Shown here: positions 30,996 to 37,802 of the stretch, one piece after another
Numbering within the stretch: the first letter of the stretch is position 1
How the letters are laid out: every line of letters starts with the position of its first letter
Source: Actinomycetes bacterium
GTDB taxonomy: Bacteria; Actinomycetota; Actinomycetes; Actinomycetales; Cellulomonadaceae
Length of the DNA: 37,802 nucleotides
Assembly (NCBI GenBank): GCA_023460255.1
Contig: JAEWQZ010000141.1
Coordinates: forward strand, 1 to 37,802
Direction: 5' to 3'
The notes under the pieces: model-generated
Databases searched by the model: none
Told to the model about the DNA's origin: nothing
What the model saw: only the letters and a program-made list of their open reading frames with translations
Program-made: the position numbers and the translations under genes

Positions 30996-31942
30996 TCGCG
31001 CCCCAGGTCCCGGTGGGTGACCACGACGCGGCTGCCCGTGTCGCGCAGGTGCGCCGCGATCGCCTCGGCCAGCGCGACGGACCTGTGCTTGCCGCCCGTG
31101 CAGCCCACCGCGATCGTGACGTAGCGCTTCTCCTCCTTGACGTAGCCGGCCAGGACCGGCTCGAGCGCGGCGACGTACCGGCCGACGAACTCCCCCGCGC
31201 CGGGCAGCCCGAGCACGTAGTCGCGGACGGCCGCGTCGCGGCCCGTCAGGTGCCGCAGCTCACCGATCCAGTACGGGTTGGACAGGAACCGCACGTCCAC
31301 GACGTGGTCCGCGTCCAGCGGCAGGCCGTACTTGAAGCCGAACGACAGGACGTGCACGCGCAGGCTCTCGTCGTCGGTGCTGACCGCCGCGCGGACCTCG
31401 CGGGCGAGGTCGTGCACGGTGAGCTCGGTCGTGTCGATGACGACGTCGGCGCGGGATCGCACCTCCTCCAGCAGCGCACGCTCCTCGGCGATCCCGTCGA
31501 GGATCCGACCGTCGCCCTGGAGCGGGTGCGGTCGCCGCACGGCCTCGAAGCGCTGCACGAGGACCGCGTCGCTCGTGTCCAAGAACAGGATCCGGTGCGC
31601 GATCCCGGCCTCCTGGAGCGAGTCGATCACGTTGGCCAGGTCGGCGAAGAATTCCCGCGACCGGACGTCGACGACGGCGGCGAGCCGGTGCACACCGCCC
31701 GGCCCCGTCGAGAGCATGCCGGCGAGCTGGGTGAGCAGCTGCGCCGGCAGGTTGTCGACCACGTACCAGTCCAGGTCCTCGAGCACCGCCGCGGCCTTCG
31801 TCCGGCCGGCGCCGGACATGCCGGTGACGACGAGGAGCTCGGGCACCTCACGGCGCGGGGCCCGGCTCTGGGCCTCGAGGGCAGGGATGCCGGTGGGCAC
31901 GGTGACGGCGGGTGGCTCACCCGCCGCGTGCTGCCCGGTCAT
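30992..31942 (-). CDS. rapZ: RNase adapter RapZ/YvcJ-family P-loop protein
   Basis: TGMSGAGRT, VDNLP, SFGFKYGLP and GCTGGKHRSV motifs. Confidence 0.96.
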   Translation of the reverse strand: MTGQHAAGEPPAVTVPTGIPALEAQSRAPRREVPELLVVTGMSGAGRTKAAAVLEDLDWYVVDNLPAQLLTQLAGMLSTGPGGVHRLAAVVDVRSREFFADLANVIDSLQEAGIAHRILFLDTSDAVLVQRFEAVRRPHPLQGDGRILDGIAEERALLEEVRSRADVVIDTTELTVHDLAREVRAAVSTDDESLRVHVLSFGFKYGLPLDADHVVDVRFLSNPYWIGELRHLTGRDAAVRDYVLGLPGAGEFVGRYVAALEPVLAGYVKEEKRYVTIAVGCTGGKHRSVALAEAIAAHLRDTGSRVVVTHRDLGRE

Positions 31943-31963
31943 GGCTCCAGCATGCCAGGCACC

Positions 31964-33997
31964 TCAGCGATCGGCCGTGGGACTCGCGCCGGGCGCCAGG
32001 GCGTCGTGCACCGCCCGGGCGGTCCGCTCCCCCATCCCCTTGACGGCGGCGATCTCCGCCACGGACGCGGCGCGCAGCCGGGCGACGCTGCCGAAGTGCG
32101 CGAGGAGCGCCGCGCGTCGCGCGGGACCCAGGCCGGGGACGTCGTCCAGCACGGAGACGGTCATCCCGCGGCTGCGCCGAGCACGGTGGTGCTTGATCGC
32201 GAAGCGGTGGGCATCGTCCCGCAGCCGCTGCATGAGGTACAGGCCCTCGGAGCCGCGGGGCAGGATGACCGGGTACTCCTCCCCGGGTAGCCAGACCTCC
32301 TCCAGCCGCTTGGCCAGGCCGCAGAGCGCGACGTCCACGACCCCCAGCTCCGACAGGGCCCGCGCCGCGGCGGCGACCTGCGGGGGCCCACCGTCCACCA
32401 CGACGAGGTTCGGCGGATAGGCGAAGCGCCGCCTCGCCGGCTCGGTGGCGTCGGGCTCCGCCGGCACCTCGCCCGACGCCGGTACCCCGGCCGGCAGGCC
32501 GCCCGTCACCTCGGCCGCCTCCGCCACGTAGCGCCGGAACCGGCGGGTCAGCACCTCGTGGATCGCTTCGGTGTCGTCGCGCGCGCCGTCTCCGGTCGCG
32601 CCGCGGATGCCGAACGTGCGGTACTCCCCCGTGCGCGGCAGGCCGTCCTCGAAGACGACCATGGACCCGACCTGGTGGGTGCCCTGGGTGGTCGAGATGT
32701 CGTAGCACTCGATCCGCAGCGGGGCGTCGGGCAGGCCCAGCGCCTCCTGGACCTCCCGCAGCGCCTGGCTGCGCGTGGTGAGGTCCCCGGCCCGGCGCGT
32801 CCGGTGCAGCGTGAGCGCCTGCTGGGCATTGGTGGCGACCGTCTCGGCCAGGGCCTTCTTGTCGCCCCGCTGCGGGACACGGACCCGCACGCGGGACCCG
32901 CGCAGCCCGCTGAGCCAGCTGCCGAGCTGGTCGACGTCGGGCGGCAGGACGGGCACGAGGACCTCCCGCGGGACCGCGTGGTGCCGCGCGGCGGCCCGCT
33001 CGGGTCGCCGCGCGCCGCCGGAGCCGGCGGGCCCGGTCGTCACGGGCGAACCCCCCGGGCTGTCGTCCCCGTACACCTGGAGCAGCAGCTGCTCGACGAG
33101 CTCGGCGTCGGAGAGGTCCTCGACCTTCTCGACGATCCACCCCCGCTGACCGCGGATCCGCCCTCCGCGGACGTGGAACACCTGCACCGCCGCCTCCAGG
33201 TCGTCCCCGACCAGGGCGAAGACGTCGGCGTCGGTGCCGTCGGCGAGCACCACGGCGTTCTTCTCGGTCGCGCGTTGGAGGGCGCCGATGTCGTCGCGCA
33301 GCCGGGCGGCCCGCTCGAACTCGAGGTTCGCCGCCGCCTCGGCCATCTCGCGTTCGAGCCGGCGCAGGAAGCGACCCGTCTCGCCGGCCATGAAGTCGCA
33401 GAAGTCCTCGGCGAGCTCCCGGTGCTCCGCCGGGGAGACGCGGCCCACGCAGGGGGCGGAGCACTTGTCGATGTAGCCGAGCAGGCAGGGCCGCCCCGTC
33501 TGCGCCGCGCGCTTGAAGACGCCCGCCGAGCACGTGCGCACCGGGAAGACCCGCAGCAGGAGGTCGACGGTCTCCCGGATCGCCCACGCGTGCCCGTACG
33601 GCCCGAAGTACCGGGTCCCGGGCTTCTTGGCGCCCCGCATCACCTGCACGCGAGGGAACTCCTCGCCGAGCGTCACCGCCAGGTACGGGTAGGACTTGTC
33701 GTCGCGGTACTTGACGTTGAAGCGTGGGTCGAACTCCTTGATCCAGGAGTACTCGAGCGCGAGCGCCTCGACCTCGGTCCCCACGACCGTCCACTCCACC
33801 GACGCCGCGGCCCGGACCATCTGCTGCGTCCGGGGGTGCAGCGCCGCGGTGTCCTGGAAGTACGACGCCAGGCGCTGGCGGAGACTCTTCGCCTTGCCGA
33901 CGTAGACGACCCGGCCGTGCTCGTCACGGAACCGGTACACGCCCGGGGAGTCCGGGACCTGTCCCGGCGCCGGTCGGTAGGTCGCGGGGTCGGCCAC
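31964..33997 (-). CDS. uvrC: Excinuclease ABC subunit C
   Basis: GIY-YIG (PGVYRF...YVGKAKSL), UVR domain [22 protein letters not shown] and C-terminal HhH. Confidence 0.98.
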   Translation of the reverse strand: MADPATYRPAPGQVPDSPGVYRFRDEHGRVVYVGKAKSLRQRLASYFQDTAALHPRTQQMVRAAASVEWTVVGTEVEALALEYSWIKEFDPRFNVKYRDDKSYPYLAVTLGEEFPRVQVMRGAKKPGTRYFGPYGHAWAIRETVDLLLRVFPVRTCSAGVFKRAAQTGRPCLLGYIDKCSAPCVGRVSPAEHRELAEDFCDFMAGETGRFLRRLEREMAEAAANLEFERAARLRDDIGALQRATEKNAVVLADGTDADVFALVGDDLEAAVQVFHVRGGRIRGQRGWIVEKVEDLSDAELVEQLLLQVYGDDSPGGSPVTTGPAGSGGARRPERAAARHHAVPREVLVPVLPPDVDQLGSWLSGLRGSRVRVRVPQRGDKKALAETVATNAQQALTLHRTRRAGDLTTRSQALREVQEALGLPDAPLRIECYDISTTQGTHQVGSMVVFEDGLPRTGEYRTFGIRGATGDGARDDTEAIHEVLTRRFRRYVAEAAEVTGGLPAGVPASGEVPAEPDATEPARRRFAYPPNLVVVDGGPPQVAAAARALSELGVVDVALCGLAKRLEEVWLPGEEYPVILPRGSEGLYLMQRLRDDAHRFAIKHHRARRSRGMTVSVLDDVPGLGPARRAALLAHFGSVARLRAASVAEIAAVKGMGERTARAVHDALAPGASPTADR

Positions 33998-34003
33998 GTC
34001 ACC

Positions 34004-34025
34004 AGGCTAGATGACGTCGCCGACG
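34004..34025 (-). promoter_or_regulatory. PafBC/RecA-NDp-type promoter of uvrC
   Basis: Minus strand CGTCGG-N10-TAGCCT versus consensus TGTCGG-N10-TA-N3-T; GTG start lies 6 nt after the -10. Confidence 0.65.
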
Positions 34026-34064
34026 GCCTCGGGGCGACCGTGGGCCGGGCGGGTACGGTGAGCC

Positions 34065-34586
34065 ATGGGCATCCTGCACACCTACGAGGCCGCGCTCCGG
34101 TGGACCGGTGCGCGAGGCGTCGGGACGACCGGCTACACCGCCTACGGCCGCGACCACGAGGTCGTCTTCGAGGGCAAGCCCCCGTTGCCGGGCAGCGCCG
34201 ACCCCGCGTTCCGGGGCGATCCCGAGCGGTACACGCCCGAGGAGCTCTTCGTCGCCGCCCTCGCCCAGTGCCACATGCTCTGGTTCCTGCACCTGGCGGC
34301 CGTCGACGGCATCGCCGTCGTCGCGTACACCGACACGGCACAGGGGCGGATGCGCGTGGAGGCGGCCGGGCACGGGCAGTTCACCGAGGTGGTCCTGCGC
34401 CCGTGCGTGACGCTGGCCCGGGCCGACCGCGCCGACGGGCGCCCGGTCACCGACGAGGACCTCGCGACCCTGCACGCCCGGGCGCGGGAGCACTGCTTCA
34501 TCGCACGCTCGGTGAACTTCCCTGTCCGGCACCGGCCCGCCCCGCTGCGCGTCGACCAGTCGGTCGACGGGGTCCTGCCGGCCTGA
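34065..34586 (+). CDS. OsmC/Ohr-family protein
   Basis: GSADPAFRGD...PEELFVAALAQCHMLWFL and HCFIARSVN; two conserved Cys. Confidence 0.92.
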   Translation: MGILHTYEAALRWTGARGVGTTGYTAYGRDHEVVFEGKPPLPGSADPAFRGDPERYTPEELFVAALAQCHMLWFLHLAAVDGIAVVAYTDTAQGRMRVEAAGHGQFTEVVLRPCVTLARADRADGRPVTDEDLATLHARAREHCFIARSVNFPVRHRPAPLRVDQSVDGVLPA

Positions 34587-34640
34587 CGTCACCACCATCG
34601 TCCCCGGCCGCCCGTGGCCCGACATGGCCGAACGAGGCCG

Positions 34641-37535
<2,895 letters not shown>

Positions 37536-37541
37536 CCCGAC

Positions 37542-37558
37542 ATCATACAGGCGTTCGA
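37542..37558 (-). promoter_or_regulatory. Imperfect LexA SOS box overlapping the uvrA -10 element
   Basis: Minus strand TCGAAC-GCCT-GTATGA versus TCGAAC-N4-GTTCGA; TATGAT lies 6 nt upstream of ATG 37535. Confidence 0.55.
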
Positions 37559-37597
37559 ACGGACGGCGCGCCGACGGAACGCAGCCGGCCCCGCCCG

Positions 37598-37801
37598 TCA
37601 GCCGTCCGCCGCGAGCGACGCTGCCAGCGCGGTCTCGGTGCGCGCCAGGGCTGCCTCGACGCGACGGTACCTGTCCAGCGACACCTCCCCCGCGTCGGCC
37701 GCCCGGGCGAGCTCCGCCCGGACCCGGGTCAGGCCCCGGCGCGCCGCGTCGTACCGACCGGCCCCGGCATCCGCCACGACGTCCGCCACGACGGACTGGA
37801 G
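37598..37801 (-). CDS. Hypothetical protein, C-terminal part (5' end outside window)
   Basis: Frame is open to the window edge: [24 protein letters not shown]...LAASLAADG*; Ala-rich and helical-looking. Confidence 0.6.
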   Translation of the reverse strand, partial: LQSVVADVVADAGAGRYDAARRGLTRVRAELARAADAGEVSLDRYRRVEAALARTETALAASLAADG

Positions 37802-37802
37802 C

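Overview
High-GC actinobacterial chromosome segment, probably Micrococcales. Positions ~6,290-37,800 are core genome: der-plsC-cmk-tyrA-aroH-rluB-scpB-scpA-parA-xerD, ctaB, the oxidative pentose-phosphate operon (tkt-tal-zwf-opcA-pgl plus an O-methyltransferase), rbpA-secG-tpiA-pgk-gap, whiA-yvcK-rapZ-uvrC, an OsmC-family gene and uvrA. Positions 1-6,190 lie directly downstream of the 3' end of tRNA-Pro(GGG) and look like a partly decayed accessory copper/metal island. It carries an OmpR/HisKA two-component pair (CopRS-like), an unusual P1B-ATPase with a CPD motif, two SHOCT micro-membrane proteins, a DUF2933-like protein, a His/Met-rich ORF, an ABC-ATPase fragment and an IS481-family remnant. 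The most notable unannotated signal is four 11-bp-spaced direct-repeat boxes (TGAAGA-N5-TGAAGA type). The three that precede recognisable genes, and a fourth before an unannotated stretch, share the same orientation. A CsoR/RicR-type palindrome also precedes the ATPase. Together these outline a readable copper regulon made largely of small uncharacterised proteins. All family assignments are by motif recognition; no database searches were run.
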